Shown one piece after another: positions 1 to 10,228 of a stretch of 23,993 nucleotides of DNA. Source of the DNA: Octopus sinensis (Eukaryota); NCBI RefSeq assembly GCF_006345805.1, contig NW_021836404.1:1-23993 (forward strand), given 5' to 3'. Made by a program: the position numbers and the translations under genes. The notes below the pieces were generated by a model. The model saw only the letters and a list, made by a program, of their open reading frames with translations. It was not told where the DNA came from and made no database searches. Positions within the stretch are counted from its first letter, which is position 1; every line of letters begins with the position of its first letter.

Positions 1-49
1 ACTTAACGCCTAAGAAATTAGTAACCTCACAAGCACCAGTTGTCCAGTT

Positions 50-92
50 GACATAAACACATAAGCACTGATCATCCAGCAGTGATAGGCGA

Positions 93-129
<37 letters not shown>

Positions 130-273
130 CACACACTCTCACACACACACACCCACACCACACTCCACACACACACACCACACACACACACTCAACACAC
201 ACACACACACACACTCACATACACACACACACTCACACACACACACACACACTCACACACACACACACACACA

Positions 274-309
<36 letters not shown>

Positions 310-458
310 ACACACATGATGGTTTCTTTCAGTTTCCGTCCACCAAATCCACTTACAAGGCTTTGGACGGCCCGAGGCTATAATAGAAGACATTTGCCCA
401 AAGTGCCAGACAGTGGGACTGAACCCGGAACCATGTGCTTGGGAAGCTTCTTACCACA
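50..458 (-). mobile_element. tRNA-derived SINE family A, diverged copy with expanded internal (CA)n
   Basis: 318-458 is the reverse complement of the SINE A 5' half seen at 11458, 12862 and 23110. 50-98 loosely matches the start of the 3' half (compare 9198-9250). Confidence 0.8.
96..316. repeat. (CA)n microsatellite
   Basis: Imperfect CA run; it produces the HT-repeat ORF 82..474. Confidence 0.97.
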
Positions 459-608
459 TGTATATATAGACTAAAACGTGTTTACATCAGTATAAATATA
501 TAAACTTCGACCAAAGTGAGATATATATCAGTATAAACATAAACAAACGAAGATTTGATATACATCCTGTTCTATATAAACATATGGTCTGTATAAACAT
601 ATACAATC

Positions 609-848
609 CCAGGCGCAATACCAAACAGTGGCTATGACCTGGCGCAATGCCAGACAGTGGCTGTCATGGCTTCTGAGCTTAACTGATTGGAAGTGTTATC
701 ATGTATATGCGTTGTCCTGGTTTAAAAAATGGGTTACAGCAAATACTCTGTTCAATAGCGCTGATTTGCTTGTCAGATGACTGACCTAAACCAATTGAGT
801 ATGTCCCTTGCTGTCTGACGACATATGCATCTCTGATCACCAGCAGAT
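609..848 (+). mobile_element. Interspersed repeat family D, probable 5' piece of an interrupted copy
   Basis: Complex sequence starting with a 29-bp-period duplication. Continuity with 1456-1802 is inferred from my recall of an octopus repeat consensus and is not shown by the window itself. Confidence 0.5.
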
Positions 849-854
849 TTGGAT

Positions 855-857
<3 letters not shown>

Positions 858-900
<43 letters not shown>
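858..900. repeat. (TA)n microsatellite
   Basis: Direct reading. Confidence 0.95.
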
Positions 901-901
<1 letters not shown>

Positions 902-904
902 GTA

Positions 905-1115
905 TGTAATCCAAACAAGAAAGCACAAAGAAACACAACAACGCGAGGACGTGGAACAAATATAGTATTACTGGACGCTCAGGAAAGAAGGAAAGAAGGA
1001 GGGATTAACGTTTCGAGTGGAGCTCTTCGTCGGAAGCATAGGAGAAGGAAAGATCCAGAGAAGGGAAGACAGAGGGAAAAAAATCGCCAACGGTACACAC
1101 GAGGTCGCATTTTGA
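905..1115 (-). mobile_element. PLE terminal-repeat-like element (family P1) with minimal hammerhead
   Basis: Inverted, closely similar copy of 11218-11421; contains a hammerhead-like motif at 1003-1037; abuts (TA)n. Confidence 0.75.
1003..1037 (-). ncRNA. Minimal type I hammerhead ribozyme motif, degenerate
   Basis: Minus strand reads GCTT-CCGACGA-A-GAGC TCC ACTC-GAAA-CGTT-AATC; one mismatch in each of stems I and II. Confidence 0.55.
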
Positions 1116-1455
1116 AAGACCAAACCCGAAAATAGTCATTCGCATGACGTGTTTAGAAGAAAGGACAATAGATGGAAGAGCAAGTTGACTGAGTAGAAGG
1201 CATGTCCAGAAAAAAGGAGGAGATGACCATGCAGATGCTGGAATGAAGACTTTGTTAAATTCTACAGAACCCAAACATGAATGAGGAAAACATCAGGCCG
1301 TTGTTCGTAGAGAGACCACACTGTGGCTTTTCTCTAGTAGTGGACTGAACATATGCAAATAACACAGTTATTTAACATGCTTTTGAGATCCCAAATATTA
1401 TTACTTCAAAGCAATAATAATAAGAGGTACGATGTTTGAAAACCGTTCCTGATGA

Positions 1456-1802
1456 GGGAGCATCATAGCCATGTGTTCAGAGGAATTCTTTGGAGTTTGA
1501 ATAATTCACCTCTGGAAACCTCGGTGTTTCGTCCAATATCCTTAAACAACCCTCTTTCAGGGACCTTTTTGAGCGGGATGCGCTATTCGATCTGATGAAC
1601 ATTCTGACTCCACCCTTCACCACATGCAGGGTCATGCGCTGTTGATTTTGATATGAGATCACCATGTCGAGTACATATAGTTGTGATGCATATAGCTGGT
1701 GTATCCTTAGCAGACGGGTAGTCATGATGGGTATATTGAGCTTTGTATATTTGTATCCTGGTGTCACGTCACTTTGATTACATGCGTTACTTTCTCACTC
1801 AG
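1456..1802 (+). mobile_element. Interspersed repeat family D, 3' piece with (AAT)n tail
   Basis: 1654-1802 aligns to 6044-6180; both end in CTCACTCA followed directly by TAATAAT, consistent with a retroposon 3' end. Confidence 0.75.
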
Positions 1803-1828
1803 TAATAATAATAATAATAATAATAATA

Positions 1829-1867
<39 letters not shown>
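1803..1867. repeat. (AAT)n microsatellite
   Basis: Direct reading. Confidence 0.97.
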
Positions 1868-1868
<1 letters not shown>

Positions 1869-2056
1869 TTCTTTTGTTAGCCGCAAGGGCTCAAGACAAG
1901 GAGGACGATATCCAAAGACGAGTTACAGCACACAAACAAAGCAAAAACAAAGACAAAATTAAAAACCAAAAACAGGTGGGGTTTACATTGATCAAAGGGA
2001 GATACAATCACGTTAAGGGATATAACAGAGGATATATAATAGAAATTAGAGAACTA
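1867..2056 (-). mobile_element. Probable 3' end of a retroelement with (ATT)n tail
   Basis: ATTTCTTTTGTTAGCCGCAAGGGCTCAAGACAAGGAGGAC (1867-1906) resembles SINE B tail type ii at 5669 and 7657; embedded between two AAT arrays. Confidence 0.45.
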
Positions 2057-2105
<49 letters not shown>

Positions 2106-2159
2106 TAATAACAATAAAAATAATAAAAAAATAATAAAATAATAGTAGTAGTAGTAGTA

Positions 2160-2241
<82 letters not shown>

Positions 2242-2331
2242 TAAATAAAAATACTAATAATAATAATAATAAATAATATAATAATAATAATAATAATAAT
2301 AAAATATAATAAGAAGAAGAGAAGAAGAAGA
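2057..2331. repeat. Compound (AAT)n/(AGT)n/(AAG)n microsatellite
   Basis: Direct reading. Confidence 0.95.
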
Positions 2332-2947
2332 AACATGAAATATATCTATAGGCGGTGTTCGGTTAAAAAATTAAACGCTGTAGAAACGGAACCCATAACA
2401 TAACAAAACTAATGGGAAAAAAACGGCTGACAGATGAATATAGATACTATGAAGTAGCTGATTTATGATATACATACACTGCTATACAATCCCCACCAAA
2501 AATTTAAAAAACATACAAGAATAACTCGTCCTGTAAATACCCAGCAAAATGAACAAAACTCACAAGTGCTTATAGGAGGCCGACACCCGACAGAGGAACA
2601 CAACCTGCGCTGCACAAACAACACACTGTACAAAGCTAATACAATAGAAGACTCAAACCAAACCCCATAACAAAATATACTGGTACAATACAATATCCCC
2701 CCACCGAAAACATGCAGCATACACCACCCCATCAGCATAAAGGCGCAACAAATGAGGCACTAGAAAGTTGCTTGAAACTTTCAGATGTCGATAAATAATG
2801 ATGGTAATGACGATGGTAACGAACATTACTTTACCTCAGTTTATTAGAGACGAGAGTTTATGAGAGACGAGAGTTTCCACTCTGGTGGTAATAGCGAAAA
2901 TGAAGCTGCGCCATTAAGGAAAGGCCCTTCGCTCGGCAGTGGTTCAG

Positions 2948-5585
2948 TAAAGAAGCAGACAATATCTGAGTAGAATAGAAGCCTGGACACTGAACAAGTT
3001 AAGAAACACAATGCAAATCTTCCCTCGAGAAAAAATACTTAGAGAGAAAGGATTTGGGGCAGTAACAGAAGAGTTGAAACAGCGTATCATAGCAGTGGCA
3101 GGGAAGCTATCCAGATATCAGAAAAGAATACATCAGTATCAACAGAAAAGATTATTTGGGACAGAGCAGAGGAGATTTTATAACCAAATAAATAGTAGAG
3201 AACGAAGTACTGAAGATGAGAAACCTAATGCAGAAGAAGCTAGAAAGTTCTGGAGTAATATTTGGGACAAGCCAGTCAATCATAATGGAGATGCAGTATG
3301 GTTAAAGAAAGTGAGGGAAGCAGTAGTGTGTGAGAAGCAGCCAGATCTAAGATTAACTAGTACATTAATGAGCAAAGTGTTAGTAAAAACACTGAATTAT
3401 AAGGGCCTGTACCAGATTTGGTTCGAGAGTACAGACTAAAAAATTTAGTAGTTTATATGAGAGGCTGAAGGAACAACTTTAAAATTGCCTTAATGGAGGA
3501 ATAGTAGCAGATTGGATGACTAGAGGGAGGACAATATTCATCATGAAAGATAAAAGCAAGGGTAATACAGCTAGAAACTATAGACCAACTACGTGCTTAT
3601 CATTAGTGTGAAAACTGTTAACAGAAATGCTTTCAGAAAGCATTTACGAGCACCTTGACAAGCAGAATTTATTGCCAGAAGAATAGCAAAGTTGCAGGAA
3701 AAAGGCTAGAGGAACGTACGATCTATTATACAGACAAAGCAGTTCTAAATTAAGTAAAAGTTAGAAAGAAAAATCTAACAATAGCATGAACAGATTATAG
3801 GAAAGCCTATGAAATGATGCCGCACTCACGGATAATTGTGTATGTTTGAGTGAATTCAGAATAATAGACAACATAAGAGAATTAATTAACTGTAGCATGA
3901 AGAAACGGAAAATAGATCTCTACTCAGGTGACACACTCTTCGGAAAGTTAATATCAAAAGAGAAATTTTCCAGGGGGACTAGTGGTCGTCTTTGATATTT
4001 GTCTCATGTTTGACCCCACTCAGTTTGGTATTAAGGAAAGCAAAGGCAAGATATAAGTTAAGAAATAGTAGGGGAAAATTAACCATTTGCTCTACAAGGA
4101 TGATATGATGCTTTTTAGTACGAATGAAAAAGAGAAAGATTTCTTAATACAAGCTGTAAGACTCTTCAGCAAAGATATAGGCATGGAATTTGGCATAGAT
4201 AAGTGTGCAATATTAGTCATGAAAAGAGGGCTGGTAGTTAACAGCAAAGACATCCAATTACCAGATGGCCAGACATTAAAATCAATGAAAAGTAGAGAAA
4301 ATTATAAGTATCTAGGAGTATTATAATCTGCCATGAAAACGAAAATTAAGGAGTACATCAAAAGGGTGAGGAATCTAATGAAGTCAAGCTAAATGGTCCG
4401 AATTTAGTGAAGGCTGTAAATACTCTGTAAATACTTGGGCAGTATCATTACTTAGATACTCAGCACCTTTTGTAGATTGGACGAAAACGGAATAAGCAAA
4501 GCTAGACAGAAGAACTAGGAAGGAATTCAATATGAATGGAGGATTCCACTCAAGAGCAGGAATAGCAAGATTAAACCTACCTAGAAAGGAAGGCGGAAGA
4601 GGATTAATATCAGTAGAAGACTACGAAGAGTTAGCTAGAGTAGATATAGACTCCTATAATAGCGAAGAAAAATTATTAAAATCTGCTAGAGTCACAGGAG
4701 ATCATAGGAAAACCAAAGACTCAAACGAAGTTAAAAATCAGAAAAAAACCCAGAAATTATCTGACAGGCAGGAGAAAGCGTTGCAGTGTAGATTCCCAAA
4801 GATAGTTGCAGCAAACAGTAGTAGCGTGAGACATGGTTATGGTTGCAGAAAGGAAAGCTGAAGGGGGAGACGGAAAGTTTGGTAGTAGCTACATAAGCTC
4901 AAGCATTAAGGACTAATTGGATAAAAGTCAAGATAGACAAAAACCATGCAGATTCCAAGTGTAGATCATGCAAATCAAAAAAGGAAAGCGTTGCTCACAT
5001 AGTAAGTGAATAGAGCATGCTGGCACAGAAAAAAAAAATGAAAAGACATAGTAATCTAGGGAGGGTAATCCACTGGGAGCTTTGTTGAAAGCTAAGATTT
5101 GAAGATACTGATAAATGGTATGAACATCAACATAGTAAAGTACTAGAAAATAAGAAATATAAGATGTTGTGGGGCTTTAAGATTCAAACTGAGAGTAATA
5201 GAAGCTAGACGGCTGATTTGGTAGTAGTAAAAAAAATAAAAAGTGCCAGATAATTGACTTTGCAGTTCCAAATGATGAAAACATTAATATGAGAAGTATA
5301 GAAAAAAATAGGAAAGTCCCAAGGCCTAGCTATTGAATTATGCAGACTATAGAAAGTGCAGGTAAAATGTACGCCAGTAATTATAGATTCAACTAGAACT
5401 ATCCCTAAAGATCTGAACAGATGGATAGAGGAAATAGGCATAAAACCCAGTTTAGTACGGTTCCAGAAAACTGTTATTAGGGACAAGCTGGATACTTGGG
5501 AGGGTTCTTGGCATCTAAGGTTACTTGTAGACCGATGTTAGGATTTTTTCTTTTCCAACAGTATAATCTATTGTGTGTATACGAA
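2948..5585 (+). mobile_element. Decayed 5'-truncated R4/Dong-clade non-LTR retrotransposon (RT plus restriction-like endonuclease)
   Basis: Colinear motifs across frames: EELKQRI..RY..RLF..RRFY; YRPTTCL 3579-3599; DYRKAYE 3793-3813; FQGD 3968-3979; YKDD 4093-4104; DIGMEFGIDKCA; YKYLG; LPRKEGGRGL; zinc knuckle CRSC..H..(C lost to TAG) 4960-5013; IIDFAVP 5250-5270; stop TAA 5516-5518; short 3' UTR, then (AAT)n. Many stops and frameshifts. Confidence 0.93.
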
Positions 5586-5604
5586 AATAATAATAATAAT
5601 AATT

Positions 5605-5648
<44 letters not shown>

Positions 5649-5658
5649 AATGATGATA
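5586..5658. repeat. (AAT)n(GAT)n microsatellite, LINE tail or target
   Basis: Direct reading. Confidence 0.95.
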
Positions 5659-5661
5659 AGC

Positions 5662-5898
5662 CTTTCTTATTTCTTTACTGACCACAAGGGGCTAAACACA
5701 GAGGGGACAAACAAGGACAGACAAACGGATTAAGTCGATTATATCGACTCCAGTGCGTAACTAATACTTATTTAATCGACCCCGAAAGGATGAAAGGCAA
5801 AGTCGGCCTCGGCGGAATTTGAACTCAGAACGTAACGGCAGACGAAATACGGCTACGCATTTCGCCCGGCGTGCTAACGTTTCTGCCAGCTCGCCGCC
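5662..5898 (-). mobile_element. tRNA-derived SINE family B, full length, tail type ii
   Basis: Minus strand starts GGCGGCGAGCTGGCAGAAACG (A-box-like), has GAGTTCAAATTCC (B-box) and body GCCTTTCATCCTTTCGGGGTCGAT; more than ten related copies in the window. Confidence 0.9.
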
Positions 5899-5908
5899 TT
5901 CTAATAAT

Positions 5909-6044
5909 AATCCTTTTTACTATAGGTACAAGGCCTGAAATTTTGGGGGAAGGAGTAAGTCGATCACATCAACCCCAGTACTTGACTAGTACTTAATTTA
6001 TTGACCCCGAAAGGATGTAAAATTGTCGATCTCGGCAATTTTGA
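5909..6044 (-). mobile_element. SINE B, 5'-truncated, tail type i
   Basis: Aligns to 6706-6850. Confidence 0.85.
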
Positions 6045-6180
6045 GATAAGGTCACAATGTTGCGCACATATGGTTGTGATGTATGTACTTGGTGTACCCA
6101 TAATAGACGGGTAGTCATGTCGGGTATATTGTGATAAGTATATTTGTACCACAGCGATTGCTGCGCTCTCACTCATTAAT
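6044..6180 (+). mobile_element. Repeat family D 3' fragment
   Basis: Aligns to 1654-1802 (shared AGACGGGTAGTCATG, GGGTATATTG, CTCACTCA-TAATAAT). Confidence 0.8.
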
Positions 6181-6187
6181 AATAATA

Positions 6188-6630
6188 GGGCCCACAATGC
6201 TACACACAGTTCCACCGCCCAAAATTGGTCTGCTAGGAACAGCCCACATCTTCTACAAGACAGTATCAATTCAATAGTATAGCTCACGCTTCAATCGGAT
6301 AGCTCAAATAGCACAAACTTCACCCATCCCCAGCTCTACAACAAGCACCCAATGACCTAAAACAATATAAGTCACACAGCATAGGCTATACGTGCAAGGT
6401 AAGGTCCCGATAAAATAACACAACTCATATTACGCACAACATGCACAACAGAACATAGGCGAAAAGGAAGAAACTAAATACCCTGACAAAATGAGCGAAC
6501 TGGAGAAGTCTATACACCCACAATCCGCACCAAAATGAGAACGCAACGCCGAACACACCCCAGGAATAAGGAAGTGCACCAGGTGGTAGTGCAATAGAAA
6601 CTCGCAAGAAACTAGCGAAAAATTATTTTC

Positions 6631-6631
<1 letters not shown>
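6188..6631 (+). mobile_element. R4/Dong-clade 3' fragment (ORF end plus 3' UTR)
   Basis: 6221-6277 translates KIGLLGTAHIFYKTVSIQ*, matching the R4-type terminal helix (QK..LLGTA.IL.K.L); flanked by AAT on both sides. UTR extent is inferred. Confidence 0.7.
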
Positions 6632-6700
<69 letters not shown>

Positions 6701-6706
6701 TGATAA
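6632..6706. repeat. (AAT)n microsatellite
   Basis: Direct reading. Confidence 0.97.
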
Positions 6707-6924
6707 TCTTTTCTATTCTAGGCACAAGGCCCGAAATTCTGGAGGAGGATGCCGGTCGATTAGATCTACCCCAGTACGCAACTGGTACTTAATTTATCGA
6801 CCCCACCTCCAAAAGATGAAAGGCAAAGTCGACCTCGGCGGAATTTGAACTCAGAACGTAATGACAGACGAAATACTGCTTAGCAATTCGTCCGGCGTGC
6901 TAACGTTTCTGCCATCTCACCGCC
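6706..6924 (-). mobile_element. SINE B, full length, tail type i
   Basis: Head and body align to 5732-5898; AAT arrays on both sides. Confidence 0.9.
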
Positions 6925-6925
6925 T

Positions 6926-6976
6926 TAATAATAAGGATAATGATAACAACAACAACAACAACAACAACAATCATCA

Positions 6977-7007
<31 letters not shown>
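6926..7007. repeat. (AAT)n/(AAC)n microsatellite
   Basis: Direct reading. Confidence 0.9.
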
Positions 7008-7472
7008 CCTGTGGGATGCAATGATCCAGTGCGATCACCGACCAGACATCGGAAACCGGACATGGTTTTTTTATGGTTGCAGAAAGGAAAGCTGAAGAGG
7101 CAGGCAGAAAGTTTGTTAGTAGCTGCACAAAATCAAGCACTAAGGACTAATAGCATGCCCCGGTGACAACAGGATCAAAGTGAAAGAAGAAGAAAGAATA
7201 AGCTACTCTGACGATTTCAAGTCGGAAGTATGAAGGTTGTGGTCAATGAAGAGAGTAGACGTGATACAAGTAGTAATTGGTACCCTTGGAAATATTAGCA
7301 ATCAATTATCATCATGGCTGAAAACGATCGGTACAAGTGTGAAGGTACAAAAATCAGCATTGCTTGGAAGTGCAACAATTCTTCGCCGGGTTCTTGAAGC
7401 ATGACCAGTAAACAAGTGTCACCTTAGTCTGCTGGCTGTCGCTATATCCAGCAAAATAAGCTGTGCTTTCAT
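7008..7472 (+). mobile_element. Chimeric R4/Dong 3' fragment (endonuclease of a second family carrying a patch like the 2948-5585 family)
   Basis: LWDAMIQCDH..RHRKPDMV, then LWLQKGKLKRQAESLLVAAQNQALRTN (matches 4830-4918), then ACPGDNRIKVKEEE...VVIGTLG...QKSALLGSATILRRVLEA* (stop 7402-7404); (AAT)n tail from 7473. Confidence 0.85.
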
Positions 7473-7496
7473 ATAATAATAATGATAATAATAATA

Positions 7497-7883
7497 ATCC
7501 TTTCTACTATAGGCACAAATTTTGGGGGAGGGGACCAATTGATTACATCGACCCAGTGCGTAACTGGTACTTAATTTATCGACCTCGAAAAGATGAAAGG
7601 CAAAGTCGGCTTCGGCGGAAGTTGAACTCAGAACCGTAGCGACGAGTGAAATACCTATTTCTTTACTACCCACAACGGGCTAAGCACAGAGAGGACAAAC
7701 AAGGACAGACGAACGGATTAAGTTGATTATATCGACCCCAGTGCGTAACTGGTACTTAATTTATCGACCCCGAAAGGATAAAAGGCAAAGTCGACCTGGG
7801 CGGAATTTGAACTCAGAACGTAACAGGCAGACGAAATACGGCTACGCATTTCGCCCGGCGTGCAAACCTTTCTGCCAGCTCGC
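7497..7883 (-). mobile_element. SINE B tandem dimer (full copy 7656-7883 with tail ii, then truncated copy 7497-7655 with tail i)
   Basis: Two consecutive alignments to the SINE B consensus with no spacer. Confidence 0.88.
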
Positions 7884-7885
7884 TG

Positions 7886-7932
7886 CAACAACAACAACAA
7901 CAGCAACAACAGCAACAATAATAATAATGATT

Positions 7933-7963
<31 letters not shown>

Positions 7964-7983
7964 CGACCACGATGATGATGATG
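7886..7983. repeat. (AAC)n(AAT)n(GAT)n microsatellite
   Basis: Direct reading. Confidence 0.93.
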
Positions 7984-7984
7984 T

Positions 7985-8066
7985 TCCTTTCTATTATAGG
8001 TATAAGACCCGCAATTCTATGGAAAGGGGTTTCATTGAATACATCGACTCCAGTGCATAAAGGATG
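7985..8066 (-). mobile_element. SINE B 3' fragment, tail type i
   Basis: CCTTTCTATTATAGG...ACATCGACTCCAGTGC matches 7499-7559. Confidence 0.7.
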
Positions 8067-8172
8067 AAGGAGAAGAAGCGAGAAAAGAATAAGGAGGAGG
8101 ATAAGATTAGAAGAAGATGGAGAAGGAGATTAGAAGAAGAAGATGAAGATGATGAAGAAGAAGAAAAAGAGG

Positions 8173-8203
<31 letters not shown>

Positions 8204-8321
8204 TATAATAATTATGATGATGATGATGATGATGATGAATGATGATGATGATGATGATAATATAATAATAATAATATAATAATAATAATAATAATAATAA
8301 GAAGAAGAAGAAGAAGAAGAG
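8067..8321. repeat. Compound (GAA)/(AAT)/(GAT) low-complexity tract
   Basis: Direct reading. Confidence 0.9.
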
Positions 8322-8480
8322 TCGCTGACCCTTTACACCTTACTACATATATCTTGCTCTAAAACTAGACACCGATCTTCAACCTACAGCTTAATTAAAT
8401 AATTGTGTGTGTGTGTTCGTATTGTATACTTAATTCTTTTTTTTAATATTTATAATTATACATCTGATTAAGGACCCAGT

Positions 8481-8757
8481 CTTGGTGGAGTTGCTATCGT
8501 GCTCCTGTGACCCGGAGAGCTATACTGGCGAGGAAAAGTCTGCAGGCAAATACAACCAAGCCAGACAAGGTCATAGGGCAGGAGCCAGACAGGTCAAAGG
8601 GTAGGAGCTAGATAAAATCTTAATTATCTACAGGAGTAAAGCTCAATGATAAAAATCAAAGCGTCGGCAGCAGGGAGGGGGGAGGTTACACTGGCGTGCG
8701 TCAACAGATCGGTTGTGTGGTAGCTGCAAAACGATGGCTTTGGGCAACAACCTGTCT
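8481..8757 (+). mobile_element. Probable RTE-clade LINE 5' UTR remnant with structured RNA
   Basis: The pattern GGTGGAG..TGACCC..GAGCTAT..GCCAGAC.AGGTC..GGAGCCAGAC resembles RTE 5' ends as I recall them; nested helices are visible in the sequence; no ORF follows. Confidence 0.5.
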
Positions 8758-8976
8758 CAAGGGCCTGGTTTCCCGGTTTCTATGGTGTATGTGTTCCCCA
8801 GCTGAACGGGACGCCAGTCCATAGCAGCGTTCCTCATTTTTGCCGGCTGAGTGGACTGGAGCAACGTGAAATGAAGTGTTTTGCTCAAGAACACAACGCA
8901 TCGCCCGATCCAGGAATCGAAACCGCAATCTTACGATCATGGTGCTGACACCCTAACCACTAAGCCACGCGACTCC
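8758..8976 (-). mobile_element. tRNA-derived SINE family C (CORE-like body)
   Basis: Minus strand: A box TGGCTTAGTGG, B box GTTTCGATTCC, then TTGTGTTCTTGAGCAAAACACTT..CTCCAGTCCACTCAGC. Confidence 0.85.
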
Positions 8977-9052
8977 ACCGTCATAGAAGACGGCCAAATT
9001 AACTCATCGTAGACTGACTAGTTAAAACGCCTAAAGAGCGAAAGTAATATTT

Positions 9053-9438
9053 CTTTACTCTTTTACTTGTTTCAGTCATTTGACTGTGGCCATGCTGGAG
9101 TACCGCCTTTAGTCGAGCAAATCGACCCCAGGACTTTTTCTTTGGAAGCCTAGAACTTATTCTATCGGTCTTTTTTGCCGAACTACTAAGTTACGGGGAC
9201 GTAAACACACCAGCATCGGTTGTCAAGCGATGTTGGGAGGACAAACACAGACGCACAAACATATACACACATAATATATATATACATAAATACGACGGGA
9301 TTCTTTCAGTTTCCATCTACCAAATCCACTCACAAGGCTTTGGTCGGACCGAAACTATAGTAGAAGACACTTGCCCAAGGTGCCATGCAGAGGGAATGAA
9401 CCCAGAAGCATGTGGTTGGTAAGCAAGCTACTCACCAC
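9053..9438 (-). mobile_element. SINE A, near full length
   Basis: Reverse complement of 23110-23514 over nearly its whole length. Confidence 0.93.
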
Positions 9439-9501
9439 CCACAAAGACGACGGACGAGAGGACGTTAAAGGGATTAGTTACAAAATTTTTTTTTTTTAAA
9501 A

Positions 9502-9649
9502 TCGACTCCACTTCCCTCAAAATTGTGTTGGCCCTTTTATTAAATTCGAAACCGTTCTTACTATTAGTCGCTGTAGAGTAAGAATACTATGCTACGACTT
9601 ATAGTAGGAACGGTTTCTAATTTAGTAAAAGGGAAGTGGTGTCAGTCGA
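9502..9649. repeat. Fold-back inverted repeat
   Basis: Arms 9532-9570 and 9595-9633 are complementary at 35 of 39 positions; outer extension 9502-9516 pairs with 9631-9649. Confidence 0.92.
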
Positions 9650-9738
9650 TACTGAGGACCCTATTACTTGACTGGTACTTTATTTAACGATCCCGGAAAA
9701 ATGAAAGGCAAGTTCAACCTCGGTGGAATTTAAACTCA
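9612..9738 (-). mobile_element. SINE B, 5'-truncated
   Basis: ACTGGTACTTTATTTAACGATCCCGG..ATGAAAGGCAAG..CCTCGGTGGAATTTAAACTCA. Confidence 0.8.
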
Positions 9739-9777
9739 ATCAAAATGACAAACAACAACAAGTGTAATAATAATAAT

Positions 9778-9846
9778 GATTTCAAATTTTAGCACAAGGC
9801 CAGCAATTTTGGTGAGAGATAAATCAATTACAGTGACCCCAGTGTT
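9778..9846 (-). mobile_element. SINE B tail fragment
   Basis: Matches 21620-21690; preceded by AAT repeats. Confidence 0.7.
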
Positions 9847-9849
9847 CGA

Positions 9850-10030
9850 ACCCCTTCGGTTAAGAATGACCATGGGATTGCGCCTTGAAAGTTACCCATA
9901 CAGCTTTGCATCAGTGACGTCGCAACACATTTCTACAGTAGAGTGAACTGGAGCAGAGTGACATAAAGTCTCTTGCCTAAGAACACAACACAGCCTGGTC
10001 CGGGAATCGAACTCACACTACCTCATGATT
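9850..10030 (-). mobile_element. SINE C-related truncated copy
   Basis: 9941-10012 aligns to 8849-8922 (GAGTG.ACTGGAGCA..AAGAACACAAC..GGAATCGAA); the 3' portion differs. Confidence 0.7.
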
Positions 10031-10175
10031 AACTTAATAAACACCTGTGCTAATATATGCAAGCACCATTCTACATTCCTGAAAGAAAATGTCAGACACA
10101 CCTCGGGGAAATGGAGGTGCATCTTTTGGGGCAGTAAAAACCCTATTTGAATCTGTTAATAATCTCATAGTACTT

Positions 10176-10194
10176 GTGGTGATGGTGGTGGATT

Positions 10195-10228
<34 letters not shown>

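Noticed and set aside
1449-1460. CTGATGA at the insertion junction; also at 17032
   Set aside because: No partner GAAA with stems at 1449; the 17032 instance is RT coding sequence.
2340-2947. A/C-rich stretch as a further decayed LINE piece
   Set aside because: No motif that I can translate with confidence.
3011-5541. ORFs 3011, 4087, 4532 and 5356 as separate genes
   Set aside because: They are broken pieces of one R4/Dong ORF.
8464-8480. CTGATTAAGGACCCAGTC as a hammerhead
   Set aside because: The core is mutated and no GAAA or cleavage triplet follows.
8530-8543. GAGGAAAAGTCTG resembling an RNase P conserved region
   Set aside because: Short match with no other RNase P elements.
8900-8976. 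tRNA genes at SINE heads (also 11458, 12862, 23110)
   Set aside because: A and B boxes are present, but there is no complete cloverleaf and each runs into a repeated SINE body.
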